A DNA stretch of 64,000 nt. It comes from Octopus vulgaris (lineage: Eukaryota). The position numbers and the translations under genes are program-made. Of this stretch, positions 43,476-57,186 are shown piece by piece. Each line of letters starts with the position of its first letter. The stretch's first letter is position 1. The notes below the pieces were generated by a model that did no database searches, had not been told where the DNA came from, and was given only the letters and a program-made list of their open reading frames with translations. The stretch lies in NCBI GenBank assembly GCA_951406725.2, contig OX597828.1, positions 32,302,001 to 32,366,000 of the forward strand, in the 5' to 3' direction.

Positions 43476-43536
<61 letters not shown>

Positions 43537-43622
43537 GTAATAGTAATAATAAACAATAATAATATAAACAATAATATAAACAATAATAATAATGATATCA
43601 ATAATATAAATGATAATAATAA
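43452..43622. repeat. (AAT)n trinucleotide tract
   Basis: Direct reading. Confidence 0.95.
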
Positions 43623-43754
43623 AATGTGAAAATGAGGGAATTGAGTAACAATTAGTAACAAACAACCCTAACTTATATGACAATATAATTATAGATAAGG
43701 GAAATAATACTAATGAATCATTTCCCCAGTTGTAATTGTAGAATTAGATCATGA

Positions 43755-44151
43755 TGTCCGGTATCTGGTCGGTGTCTGGTCCAAAATATAATTCATAAAT
43801 GCACAATAATAACTTCAAATAATAGCTATTTTTATTTTGGATTTTCGATAGACCTGAAAAACGCTTAAACAATCATTTCTCTAGTTTTAAGTTTAAATAT
43901 AAGGTAGTTTGCACAACGCTGTCTAGTAACATTTGGCAATTGAAAGGAAAAATATCGAGTTTAACCTTAAATGGGATATAATAAGAAAGGCACAGCCTTA
44001 TAAAACTAGTAGAAATAAATGTGAATATTATTCTATGGAGACATATGAAATTTCGAAACATAGGAATAATACAAACTTATTGAATAACGGTTTTGATCTA
44101 GTAATATCCTGCATACATTGTGCCATCCGTACTTTTAAATATTTTAAATAA
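43755..44151 (+). pseudogene. Penelope-like element GIY-YIG endonuclease fragment
   Basis: Translation with frameshifts gives CPVSGRCLVQNIIHKCTI..YFYFG..RLNNHFSSFKFKYKVVCTTLSSNIWQLK.KNIEFNLKWDIIRKAQPYKTSRNKCEYYSMETYEI..LLNNGFDLVISCIH. This fits the PLE endonuclease pattern CPxxGxCL...NHxxSF...LSxxIWxLK...W.I....PY....CxLC..E...LLN. Confidence 0.85.
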
Positions 44152-45332
44152 TAGAATTCTGACTATTCCTAAATTTTCAAATCTTAATGATTTATAAGCA
44201 AAAGAAGAAATAATATACCATTCTAGTTTGTTTAACCTGCATAGATTATTTAAAAAATTAATAATATAAATAAATTGAATAAAGTGATATAAAATCTTTA
44301 AAAATTTAAAAATTTTATATAAAGGATTGCATAAAATTTTATAGAAAGGATTGCATAAATTCCATATACCTAGTGACATTTTAAAGCTCATTTTGGTTAC
44401 CTCCCTTCCATTACACTTTAAAATATTTTCAAGGCTCTTGATATACGTGCGAATTGAAATGCTTCGAATATCCACTTGATTAGCTCTTCTTGATTTCCCT
44501 CAATTAATATTCAAAGCCTGATAATAAAATAGATAATAACGTCTATGCTATTTAAACTCTATTCCAAAATGGTCTGATTATTAATGATCAAAACTATTTC
44601 TAACCAATAGTTTTGATCAGTTACCAATCTCACACAATAACTCCCATGATAAATTATATTGATTCTAGTCTAATAATTATTAAATTATATTATAATTATT
44701 AAATATTTTCTTATAATAGCTTACCTCTCATATTAGAATTAAACTAGGGATATCCTATAATAGGTTTTTAGAATACAAACCTAGTCTACCCCTGATGCAA
44801 ATAAATTACTATTTACTAACTATAAATCTATATTTATAATAATCTGATATATATATATATATATTTATAAATATGAAATGATTTCTATACTCTCTATTCC
44901 TATATAAGATACTAAAAATTTATTGGAATCCTTTAGAAAACTCTCCAAAGGTTATTTATTTCAAATCACAAGTAAGATTATGGCTGTTAATGGTTAAGCT
45001 ATTAGAAATCTCTATTCTCCCTACCCCTACTAACTTCAGGCTATTAACTTTAGCTAAAATACATTCAAAGATGCCAGAGTAAAAATTCTTCATAAATGAG
45101 TTGAATTTATAATTCTGCTACTAGTTCTCTAAAGTTTAAAACTGATGTAATACTTACATTGTTTCATTAAATGAAGTAGCATGAAATGATTGTACTACGT
45201 TAACTTTGGACATCCTTGTTGCTTATTTTGATCATAATCACCCCAATTGATTGATATGGATAATACCATACCAAATTATGGTGCCTTTAACTTAAGTACC
45301 GTATTTATTCGAATCTAAATTTTTGCTGAATT

Positions 45333-45377
<45 letters not shown>

Positions 45378-45380
<3 letters not shown>

Positions 45381-46404
45381 GGTGTCCCAAAACGTAAATA
45401 CACATTTTAAATGATTGGAAAGTAGGCGCTTATTAAAAACATTTCACATTCAAAATTTAATAGAATCTACAGACATTATTTTATTGTTTTGTCAATGCCT
45501 GTTTTCAAACTGACGTCCGTTCTGGTCCAGGCATTGCTGACAACGCAAAGCAATGGAATCGCAAATATCACGAAAAAATTCGTTTGGTATTTCTGTGCAT
45601 TCTGGTTCAATAGCTGCTCTCAAATCAGCGATTATTTGCAGGTTTCATAGCGTAAACTTTGTCTTTTAGGTATCCCCATAAAAATTGTCTAGTGCTGTAA
45701 GGTCTGGTGAACTCGGAGGGTATTCAAGGAAACCCCTTCATCCAATTCACCTGTTTGTAGGACCTCATCAAGGAACGATCTAACATAGCCATGGTAGTCT
45801 GGGGGTGCTGAAAATAAAACTCCTCATCTTCAAAGTCTTCTATAACGTTTGGTATGGCAGAGTGTTGCAGCAAGTGCAAGTAAATGGGACCAGTCACAGC
45901 AGCGAAAAAAAAAATTCATGATAAGCGACACCACACTAACTCATGGTAAATTAACATGGTGTTCTACCATAATATGCGGATTCTCAAGACCCCTGTAGGT
46001 GCAGTTGTGGCGGTTAATTGAACCATTTAATCTGAATGTGGCCTCATCACTCCACACAATCTTTGTTTGGATGTGTGCATCTTCTACACATCGTGTCAAG
46101 TACCAATCGGAATACTGCACTCTTTGGTCTGGATCATCGTCATTAATTGTATGGGCTAATCTTGGAACGTAGCTTTTCCATTAACAAGGCTTCAAAATGC
46201 GTTGGATCTGTTTGAAACACCCTCTTCAATTGTATTTGCACTTCAGCTGCGTTTTCACACTTCCAATAGCATTTTAGAATGAATTTCTCTTGTTCAATGC
46301 TTAGTGTGACTGCTATCATTACTTCCATTGGGTTTCATCAAGAAAGAAACATCAAATGAGTTATCAGCTGCTAAAGGGCGTATACATTTTGGGGGGACAC
46401 CCAG
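45378..46404 (-). mobile_element. Tc1/mariner DDxD element (DUF4817-type N-terminus; rosa/DD41D- or maT-like), decayed
   Basis: TIRs CAGGGTGTCCCAAAA / TTTTGGGGGGACACCCAG with TA on both sides, inside (TA)n. The transposase relic at 46328-45492 reads LSIEQEKFILKCYWKCENAAEVQ...[20 protein letters not shown]...EFYFQ...YPPSSPDLTALD...KDKVYA...RCQQCLDQNGRQFE. Confidence 0.9.
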
Positions 46405-47669
46405 TATATATATATATACATATACATATATATATCAAGAGATGTTTTCGTCCCTTGGGAGGGTGATTACTCCAATAATGGTGACGTACGTGCAGCATGT
46501 ACATACTGTATATGTATGCATGCATTATGCGTGTTTCTTTATGCATCATAAGTTAGCTGGTCTGTACATGTTACCAAAATCATTAGTGAGGGATATAATG
46601 TGGGTGTATCATATCCACTTGACTTACTACGAATATCGCTCTGGATGGTGCACAGTTATGACGGTAGACTAACAAATGAAAGAAACAAAAGAGAAAAAAA
46701 ATGCAGCATGTTTTCAAAATATATCCTCTCCCCCATATCAAACATAATGTCATTTACAACATAACAATGTATCCTGTAGATCTTTGCTCGATCTTTTAGG
46801 CACAGCAACCAATCCCAACCCGATAATATCTTTCCATCTTAAAAGAAAACAACAATTATGAACGTTGTATATCATGCAGTTCGAATTTTAAAGATCGATA
46901 AAGCGGCCATAGCCAGAATGCATTACGATCTTATTGGCTAAACAAGTGCTAAACAGCAATATTATCAACAACAATTATCAGAAGGAACAATTTCAGCCAA
47001 ATAATTTAAATAAAGGTTCGCAATGCATTTCATAATGATTCAGTTTAAATCATATACTTTCTACATAAAAGCATATATATATTAGCATAAATTGAATGAC
47101 TTAAAAATCAGTATCCGTTTTATAATATGCATTATTCCCATAAATTATTTTAATCTATTCTATCTTATACATACTCTCAATACAACTATCTTTGTTTTGA
47201 ACGTGTATCTTAATATTTACAACTATAAGAATCTTAGTTGTTATTAGCAATATAATGATATTGTCTGCACTCAACATAAGTATATGAAAAAAGAAATTAC
47301 TTACAGGATTGCTTGACTTCTCGAAAACAAGCCAATTTCTACAGGCTGTTATGTATTATCTGACTGTAATATGAGATAACCATTGCTGCAATATCATTAA
47401 ACACTCTTCCAATGTCAATAAATGGGCCGCACTACTACAAACAATTGCAATAACCTAAATTAGTATCTCAGATTCAGGCACAAGACAATTTTGTGATAGG
47501 AGATCATGTAAGTCGATTAGATCGTTCCAGAAATTGACTATCCCACGATAGTACAAAAGTTGATGTTTATCTCGAGGTTTTTTTAACTTAGACGTAAAAT
47601 GTCAGAGCAAACATCACTATTTTGCAAATACTCAACTCTTAATAACAATAGTTATAATAGTTTCTAATT

Positions 47670-47865
47670 TCGACTGTAGGCCATAGATTTTAAGCGGATA
47701 GGGACTTCGGTTAAGCCGACCTCAGTGTTCAATTGGTATTTATTTTATTGAGACTGAAATTGTCAAAAGCAAAATCGGTCTCGGTGGAATTTGAACTGAG
47801 GGCGTACAGTTTGACGCTAAGGTATTTCACTGGCGTGCTGATGACACTGCCAGCTTGCTGCCTTC
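47670..47865 (-). mobile_element. Old SINE family B copy
   Basis: CTCGGTGGAATTTGAACTGAG...GGTATTTCACTGGCGTGCTGATGACACTGCCAGCTTG matches 11675-11761. More decayed copies are near 1395-1475, 47475-47620, 48270-48430 and 59860-59990. Confidence 0.7.
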
Positions 47866-50495
47866 TTAGTAACAATACCAATAACACCCACAGTTTTCGT
47901 TGGCTCCCACTAAATGCTTCTCTTTGATTTCATATTGATAATGTACGTTATGGATCATTAACATCTTTTAAGGTTGAAATTAATTGCACACATTCACATA
48001 CAATTTGGAAAAATGCAAACGCCCTAAATGCCCAACATCCAACCTATTAACGTTAATAAAACAAATGCTTCTTTTGTTATTCGTGTGAAAGGCAACATGT
48101 GATCTGTTTCATCAGTCTGTTACCATCGACTCTCAGTCAATTTATGAAACACATGTTTGATGGCATTATTAAATGCTTCCTTTCTTTTTTAAGTTGTTAG
48201 AATATGATTTAGAAGCATTTGCCTTCTGTTTTCCGTAGATGAGCGACCACATAACTATTGCTTCTGTTACTTTGTAATGATGCGTTAGCAGAATGAATAG
48301 TTTGGTGGGGGAACTAGTCATACTTATTTGCGTACGTGTAATTCTGAGTTCAAATCGTGTCGCGTTCGGCGACTAGATTCAGTCATTACGGTTTGATAGT
48401 TAAATTCCATTTGAGTAACGGAGTTAATTGAAAAGATTATACATCTCATTACAATTAATGAAGTTTTGACAGTTAACGAAATCCGATATCTCATACGAAT
48501 TCCAATGTCGAATAGTTTAATTCTTCACACTTGTTTATAGAATACATATTGCACAAGTCCATACGGAAACCTCATTGATATGTTTGCCCAGGTATGAATA
48601 TCTTACCTCATTTGGCTTACTAATACAGATGGTTTCTTTGAAATTGAGACATATACTGGTCAAATTAAAGAACGGGCATATTAAGCATTGGACAGGAAAA
48701 TGGCTCTAAGGAAACTAATTCTATTTGGATGACATTTTTACCTGAAAATATTGATCAAATGCTCTCTTACATACGATGTACAAAGCTATAGATTCTAATA
48801 AGTGTTTTCAAATTGTTCCTTGTATTTAGCCTTAAAATAAATTGCTTATTCGAATCTCGTACCTAGTCTCTCATCAAGAATTACTATCCAAACTGTCGTC
48901 TTCACATGAAATTAGCTTTTTGTTTTGGTGACCATTACATTGTTATATAGTAAGGAACAAAAACGAAAATGCTTTCTGATGTTTCACTACCCCCTATCAA
49001 ACAAGGTTTTTGCATATTTCTATGATTAATTTAAAACCAGGATCACAATGTATTCAACTTGATTTACGATTGTGATACTAAAAAACAATTCTTAGAAGAT
49101 CGAATGTCGAATGGAAATTTCTAGGCTCAACTTTATTAGACACATTGATTACGTCGTAAATTCTATAGCTTTGCTGTAATGCTGGCAAACTCAATATCGT
49201 TGTAAATTTACTCTCTGTAAGCTCAAGGATAATAAAACATTGCCTTTGTAACTAATAGAAGAATCAGTTTAACTTCCTTTAATCCCATCCAATGATAGAA
49301 GCATTTTTGGTTGTGTTATATTTTATTTGCAACAACTGCTAAAACAATACTTACACAGATAAGCATACTCATTGCAAATGCAAGCACACACATGGGTATA
49401 TGTATGCGTGTGCGTGTGTTTGTGTGTGTCTATTATATAAAATAAGATATACATACATAATATATATATGCATATGTACATATGCATTTAATACATGCAT
49501 GGGTCCATATATATATATATTAATACATATATGAGGCCATATATATATATACATATATATATATGGACATTTGTTGATTTATCTTCCTCCATGTCTCAAA
49601 ATAGCGTAAGTCTTGCTACTAATTTCGTTGTAGGATTACACCGGGTTAACAGTATATCAAGAATCATTGTTCTTGTATGCTATAACACAGTTCAAACATA
49701 ATTTATTTTCTTTAGACAATAAAACAGTGCAAATGTGTTCTTTTTCATACACTTCACGTTTACGGATAGAAAAATACCATTAACATTCTTAATGTAAAAG
49801 CCATTTCAATTTTCAACCAGCGAACTACACTTCAAAATAATTGAGTAATTAAATACGTCTTACACCCAATTTCTCTGGCTAACACTAATCAGTAAATTAC
49901 CAATGTTATAGGCAGATATAAATTACATAATCTATAAGTGCACGTAGATTCCAGCACGTTAATTCTTACAGATTAATGATTTTAGTTTAAAATCACAAAC
50001 AGACCAATAAATATCATTTATTGCCCACATGTTGCATTACGTCCGGTAATAAGATGTCACTTAAAATATATCACAAATCTGGTCGTTGTTTTTGTTGTTA
50101 AAACGTTGGGATAGTTTTAATCGAAGGTGGTACTGCTCAAACGTGACCATGTCTCTCTTTCTTTGTGATTGGCTATGCCTAGTAATAATTATTTGGTACT
50201 ATATATGTATACACGAAAACAAGGACCTCGAACCCACAAGAGTAAACAAGAGAGACAGGCTCAGGCAGAAACAAAGAAAAAAAATGCCACTTGTATTTGA
50301 ACACTATGCAAATATTCCTTTAAAAATCTTACCTTTTAATTTTTCCAAAATTGAATTGTTTTCCATACTTACAGTTGAAAAGTCTCGATCATTGAAACCA
50401 GTACTGAAATGTTATTTATAACATTATTTTAGCATTTTCTACCATTACCATTGTTTTTCAATATATATCAAATCATGTATTCCTTTTCAACCTTC

Positions 50496-50702
<207 letters not shown>

Positions 50703-51307
50703 GAATAATAAATTTTAAAAATCCTTGGTACCGTTCTGAATACTTGGGGTCTTTTCAGTTTGACTGCAAAATTTCGAGACTTCAATGTTTCGAAATTTGG
50801 TATATTGATGTCGTTTTCCATGCTGAAGCTCGGGAGATATTTCCCTTTTCCCAGAAAAAAAAGTTTTTAAAGAGTTATAAAGGTTTAAATTTGATAAATT
50901 CCACTCTGTCAGAAAACAAGACTTGGAAACCGTCGTTTTGTGTGTGACAGTATGGGATGTCACGAATTTATGCGACTATTCAAAAATGAAAGGCAATATT
51001 GTTTTAGTGCGTGATATTAGGTCTATTTCGTTGTTATTTTTAGCACGACATCCTCAGCCAGTGGGGAATATTTTCTCCATTTCTCATGTTTCGCGTGTTA
51101 CTATGAATTAGTTTGTGGCTTACGACTGAGTAAAATTCGCAAACTTTAAACACTATTACCACGTTATTTATTTATTAACTAAGAAGATTAATCCCAAACA
51201 GTGGTTAGCATATATAATCATATCATTACACCAAATAGGAAATTAATTCGAGCAGGAATGTAAGAGATTAAAATTGGAAACCAAACAGAAAAAGATCCTA
51301 TATTTAA

Positions 51308-52067
51308 AAAAAATGACTAGAAATGGTTTTCCAAAACTTTTTCCCACTTTGATAATTAGATATTTATACATTTACTAAACATGACTCTGATAAGTGTCTC
51401 GCTTAAAAGCAGTTTTCAAACTATTATTTAAAAATTTCTTATTTAAGTAGTGAATGTTTAACCACAAACATACACCCACACACCTACATACACAAACACA
51501 TGTACATATGCCCATACATAAACAGATATATAAAGAGTGACGTACACACACATGCATATACACACATAAACACGTACATACACACAAAACAAAACATAGA
51601 GCCTTACACATATACAGAGAGAGAGAGAGAGAGATACACATATATATCTTTATCTGTTCACATGTGTTAATACATATACGTACACAGAAAATAGGGGAGG
51701 GGAGAAGGATAATTAAGTAAATGAAGAGTAAACAAGTGGAATTTTGGGGTGTGGTCATTTTGGCATGAACTGTTTCTATAAAGCCCTGTAAATGACAAGG
51801 GTACCTGCCAGCAAGGCTACTGACCAATATGCTCATAAACATACACATTTACTTCATGCTTTTGACTATATTGTGTGAGTGTGTGAGTGTGTGTGTGTGT
51901 GTGCGTATGATTATATGTGAATAAAGACGTATATACGTATTCGTTTTCTGCGTGTATGTACGCGTCAGGTCTAAAGCTTTGTGTGTGTGTGTACGTGTTT
52001 ATCCGTGTATATGGCCGTTTGTGTACATCCCTCCTTCTCTCTCTCTTTCTCTCTCTCTCTCTCACTC

Positions 52068-52149
<82 letters not shown>

Positions 52150-52472
52150 TATGTATGGCTATATGTGTGTCTATATGTGCGTTTGCGTGTGAAAGAAAAC
52201 ATGTATGTATGCATGTGTAAAGCCCTATGTTTCCTTGCCTGTATGTGTTTATGCGTGTATATGCATGTGTGTGGCTAGTGCTTGTGTGTATGTTCGTAAT
52301 TAAACACTCATGTTTAAACAGAGAGTAACAAACTGTAAAATATTAGTTTGAAAACCAATTTTAAGTGAGAAACTGCTTTCAGAGTCACATTTTGCAAACG
52401 TATAAACATCTAATTATTAAAGCGGAAGAAGTAGCAGAAAAATCATTTCTATTAATAATTTTCACACACACA
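51308..52472. repeat. Long fold-back inverted repeat (arms ~270-300 bp)
   Basis: 51308-51615 matches the reverse complement of 52205-52472. Shared unique blocks include TAGAAATG.TTTT, ATAATTAGAT.TTTATAC.TTT, TGACTCTGA, CTC.CTTAAAA..GTTTTCAAACTA.TATTT and AAACATAG.GC.TTACACAT. Confidence 0.8.
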
Positions 52473-52486
52473 CAAACACACACACA

Positions 52487-52520
<34 letters not shown>

Positions 52521-52612
52521 GTGTAATAAATAAAATATATGCATACATACAAACATATATGTACGTACCGACATCTACATGTATATATACATGCATATAT
52601 AAATATATATAT

Positions 52613-52900
52613 ACGTACAGGACACCACAAGAAGACGTAAAAATCAACAGAAACGAAAACGGAAAAGCCATTTGTTACAACAGAAGGACAGAGACGTGGA
52701 ACAAGACGAAACGAAAACGGGAAAAACAATTATGTGCAGCAGAAAAACGAAGTACATGACATGCTGCACAAGGAAAAATCCCCTTCATCAGCTATCGCTA
52801 GCAGACACGTGTTTCGAAGGCAGAGACAGAACACGTATGGCCATGCTAGGTTTCCTATGAGAGAATTATAATAAAATAACCTCGTAGAGTGGTGTAAAAC
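52613..52900 (-). mobile_element. Microsatellite-anchored pLTR-like cassette with hammerhead-like cores
   Basis: Ends in GTCCTGTACG + (TA)n and contains GAAACACGTGTC and CTGATGAAGGGG. The layout is shared with 57325-57500. Confidence 0.55.
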
Positions 52901-53469
52901 GAGCAAGAAAAAAATGTAACACAAAATGGGACGTAACATTTCTAAACACGAGAGTATATTTCCAAATCTTTGCATAATTTATGAAGAAAAACAGAGAAAC
53001 TGAATCTTAGAATGAATTTTGCCACAAAATAGTGTATCAAGGCGTTCGTATCAAGATAACGGGTTTATTATCTCTAATTCGTAGCTAAATGTGAAAATAT
53101 ATATTCAAAATGATAGCAAAATTTATAAAACGGCAATTAATACACAAATAACTATATCATAAACGAAAAGTTTTGCAACCGAAACGTTATGCGCTTGTTG
53201 TTAATCAAATGCAATTCTTCGTGATAGTATAGCTAATTTCATTTTTAGTTATTGAGCTACCTCCCACAAAATAGTTCCAGGATGTCAAAGGAGAATTACC
53301 CCAGACGAATACAATTTGTATTAAATTTATTGTATAGTGAACTTTATCAATTCTACTTGTAAACATTGTTTGTTTAAATGATGTGTATATCATTGTGCTC
53401 ACCGGTTTTCAATATATCATACCAGATCGGTCAACCTATTAGATATATTAGCCATCCCATCTCAACTAC

Positions 53470-54180
53470 AGACTCTGTTTCTCAAAACTTTGTGTCTGTC
53501 ATTTCAAATGCGGAAAATGTGCATAAGAGCTCCTTGAACATATGACTCAAATTATGTGTAGGTGAATTTAAAAATCGCCATGCCAATCACATGGCCTCCT
53601 TCCGACATAGGGACAAAAGTAAAGCTACTAACTCGGCTAGGTACGTATGGAGTTTGAAAGATAATGAAGTACAGCATGTGATTTATAAAACCGCAATTAA
53701 TACACAAGGAACTATATCATAAACCAAAAGTAATTGAGAAATCCATACCTTCTCTGAATAGATCGAATAAATGTAGAATTTATTTGGCTGAAAGAGCGAA
53801 AATCCTGTTCAGATCCAATATCCCAAACTCTCAATTGAACTCCAGGTCAGGAGTTTCCAGTGGTTGCATGCATATGTATAAATATATTTTAAAGAATTGG
53901 AAACTTCCGACTATTCCTGACTGACTTGATATCTTTCCAGTCTTATCATTTAAGGTCTCAGGAGGATATCACTTTTACAATTCTACTTTTTACTTTTTTG
54001 TTTCTGTTTTTCGTTTTCCGTCGTTTACTGTCTTCGTTTTCAGCTTTTTCGCGTTTTATCTATTATTCAATTTCTTTGGTTCACTATATGTGGTTTGCGC
54101 CTGAAGAATATTTTTGAGCTGTCTCAACATATGAAACTGTTGGTAGCTCTTTAATACATGTATTATGACCTTTAAATAAG
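53470..54180 (+). mobile_element. Penelope-like element 3' fragment: GIY-YIG C-terminus plus 3' region with hammerhead
   Basis: KLCVGEFKNRHANHMASFRHRDKSKATNSARYVWSLKDNEVQHVI [insertion] KVIEKSIPSLNRSNKCRIYLAERAKILF...LNSRSGVSSGCMHMYKYILKNWKLPTIPD* (stop 53922-53924), then a pyrimidine-rich tract and the HHR motif. Confidence 0.85.
54097..54149 (+). ncRNA. Type I hammerhead ribozyme motif
   Basis: GCGC-CUGAAGA-[AUAU UU UUGAG CUGU CUCAA C AUAU]-GAAA-C-UGUUG-GUA-GCUC. All core nucleotides are present, stem II has 9 bp, and stem I has 3 of 4 pairs. Confidence 0.65.
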
Positions 54181-54330
54181 TAATTTAGATTGATAGATAG
54201 ATATAGACATACACACATACTCTCATGCATACATACACACATACATACATACATGCATACATACATATACAAAGACAATACATATACACTGACACGCGCA
54301 CACGCTTGTGTGTGTATGTGAGTGAGTGTG

Positions 54331-54392
<62 letters not shown>

Positions 54393-54919
54393 TGTGTCTG
54401 TGTGTGGTTTCGCTATCTGTCGTTTTGCAATAGTGCACTGGTAAGAGCTCAATATTTGTTCTGAAGTACAGTCTGGACAGACAAAAACCTGTGACCAACG
54501 GCCTTATTCTTTACCAACTGCGATGAAATATAATACACAACACAAGACAGGTGTTTTGAACGTCGTTGTGGTTGCATCATTAGAAATCCAATGCGGCAGT
54601 AAGTGTTAGCGTTATAAAAATCGATTCAAATCAAATTTACATTGTTTCGGAAATTTCTGCTTCAGAATAGATTGGTCGAGCAGTTGTTCAACGCCAAATA
54701 TAGTGCACCTTTGAACCACAGTATAGAGAGAGTACAGTAACGCAAATAGTAAAATTCTTAATTATCTTTTGATATACGTTAACGTCACTTCCAGTCGTAA
54801 ACACCAGGCTGGTCATCGGTCAAATAGATAAGAGAAGACTTGAGGCTAAATCACAAATAATGATTTTATTCATTTCCGCATAATTTTATAGAAAGCATAC
54901 TGATAAAACATATTATAGT

Positions 54920-55275
54920 AGCCGCAGGCATGGCGGTCTGATAAGAATGTTGTTTCGCAACCACAAGGTTCCAGGTTCAGTGGCAAAGCGTCCAACAACA
55001 GGCAAGTGTCTTCTACTAAGACCTCGGACCTACCAAAGACTTGTGAGTGGATTTGGCCGTATATGTGTGTGTGCATGTGCGTGCATGTGTGTGTATCTTT
55101 TTGGCTGTGCTTGTCCTCGTAACTCAAGGGTTCGAAAAAAGTGACCGATAGAATAAGTACCAGACTTTAAAAAAATAAGTACTGGCGTGAGAATGATTCG
55201 ACTGGACGTTTTTCAAGGCGATGTCAAAGCAAGGCTGCAATCTAATGACCAAAAGAATTAAAAGATAAAAAGAAA
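54920..55275 (+). mobile_element. Old diverged SINE family A copy
   Basis: GCAGGCATGGCGGTCTGATAAG...CCAGGTTCAGT...GGCAAGTGTCTTCTACT...TTGTGAGTGGATTTGG...GACCGATAGAATAAGTACC. Confidence 0.75.
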
Positions 55276-55717
55276 TATAATATATTGTATAAGATATTTG
55301 CAATCGAAATGCTCTACATGTGCACATATGACTTCTCTCCCACAAGTTGTTCAAGTGTATAAAAAGACTCACCTGCCATATACGTTTCAGTAGAAAAGCT
55401 GCAAAATAGGGAAGCTTTTAATTCATGAATTTGCGAAGATTGCTCATTGAAAAATTACAAGAAACGCAGCAAAAATAAAGAATGGACAGGAAAGCATTAC
55501 AATGGTTTCCTAAACAAGAATTTTGTTTAGACATCTGTACCATTAGTGGCACGAACGCTTACTATTTGGGATACAAAATGCCAAGTTCTATCGAAAGTTC
55601 TGTTATATATTTAATCAAAATAGAAATCAACAGCGGTAGCCAAAACTAATGCTAACAAACTTGCGACAACGACTGTAAGATAAATATTGTTCTAAATAAC
55701 AATATCAATATCAATAT

Positions 55718-55760
<43 letters not shown>

Positions 55761-57127
55761 CCCTTTCCACTTTACAAATATTTATAAATCGCACATGCAT
55801 TAAAGAATGTCTCATATTCTGTGCAAAATACGAAAGCTCAAGAACGTCATTGTTTGTGTTGATGATATTATTCATTGTTGGATTTTAGTTCTAAGTAAGC
55901 TACACTTTACCAATATCAAGCACACTGCCAAACAATATCACTCTCATTTTTAAAAATACTACTCATATTTTTCACAATCATAATGCATGGTTATATGATT
56001 ATCGCGCATGCTTGAAACAAAATATCTTTCAACGTCAAATGCAGATATAATAATATCATCGATAATAGATATATTAATATTTTAAACAATTTCCTCATAC
56101 TTTTAGCAGTATCGGCCATTTTGTTAACAGTTTCCTTCATAGTATTAACTATATCATAGTATTAACTATTTCACTGGTAGTACGGATAAAACACTCACAA
56201 TCGATATTTGCCCCTCATCAAATATAAACAGTTACTTTAATATTTCAGTATTGTACTTAATGTCTATCTCTAAGTTCACCTCATCGATCTAGTTATCATG
56301 TCATCTTTTGTATGTTGTGTACTACTGAAGCATCTCAATTTTCTTTAAGCCTTTTTTTAGTTCTTTCAAAGAACATGAGTATTTAAATGTTTCCTATTAT
56401 GATTACTGATCATAGACATCTTCCTGACAGGTGTGCAAACATCTAATGCATTACTTTAGTTTTTTTTTAAATCCGACAAACATTTATTCACATAATATTG
56501 TGCCTTTTATTGTGTCCTACAGATGCGTCGTTAAACTTCTACTTCATATTATGGTTCTCATTGTCACTTCTCAAAAATTTTACTCAAGTACAAACACTTT
56601 TTGATGTAATTCAATATTTAGTGAAACTTTCGTCAGAAGACTCCTCTGTACATTTGATGTCGATATTGAAACACTTCCTTTATATTTTTGTTTAATAATT
56701 TCGATTAGAAGAACTATTTCATAGATCTTTCAAACGATTTTTGAAACACACATGCAATTGTTTAAGGCTAAAAATTTTCAAACAAACGTAAAAAAAATCG
56801 ATCTTCTAGTATACATCATTAGAATAAATAGCAGAATTGATTATCGTTGTCAGGAGAGAAAACTTCAATTTTTGGGGTTTACACATTTATTATGTTATTG
56901 CATTTATTCAATGTTGATTTCACATACACATAATCACAGACTCACAAATATTATTAAAAATAAGAGTGATATTCTTTTGCAGTATGTTTGATATTGCCTC
57001 TCTCGATATCATGATATCATACTTGTGGTTTAAACAGCTGTGTACAAATGATTATATTTTCGGAAATAATATGAATTTAAGTATTATAAGCAGATCAAAT
57101 ATAGACAAATACGCTACTCATGTTTAA

Positions 57128-57186
<59 letters not shown>

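Noticed and set aside
44098-44475. 125-aa minus-strand ORF next to the Penelope endonuclease
   Set aside because: AT-rich, includes a 24-bp tandem duplication (44309-44356), and has no RT motifs that I can identify.
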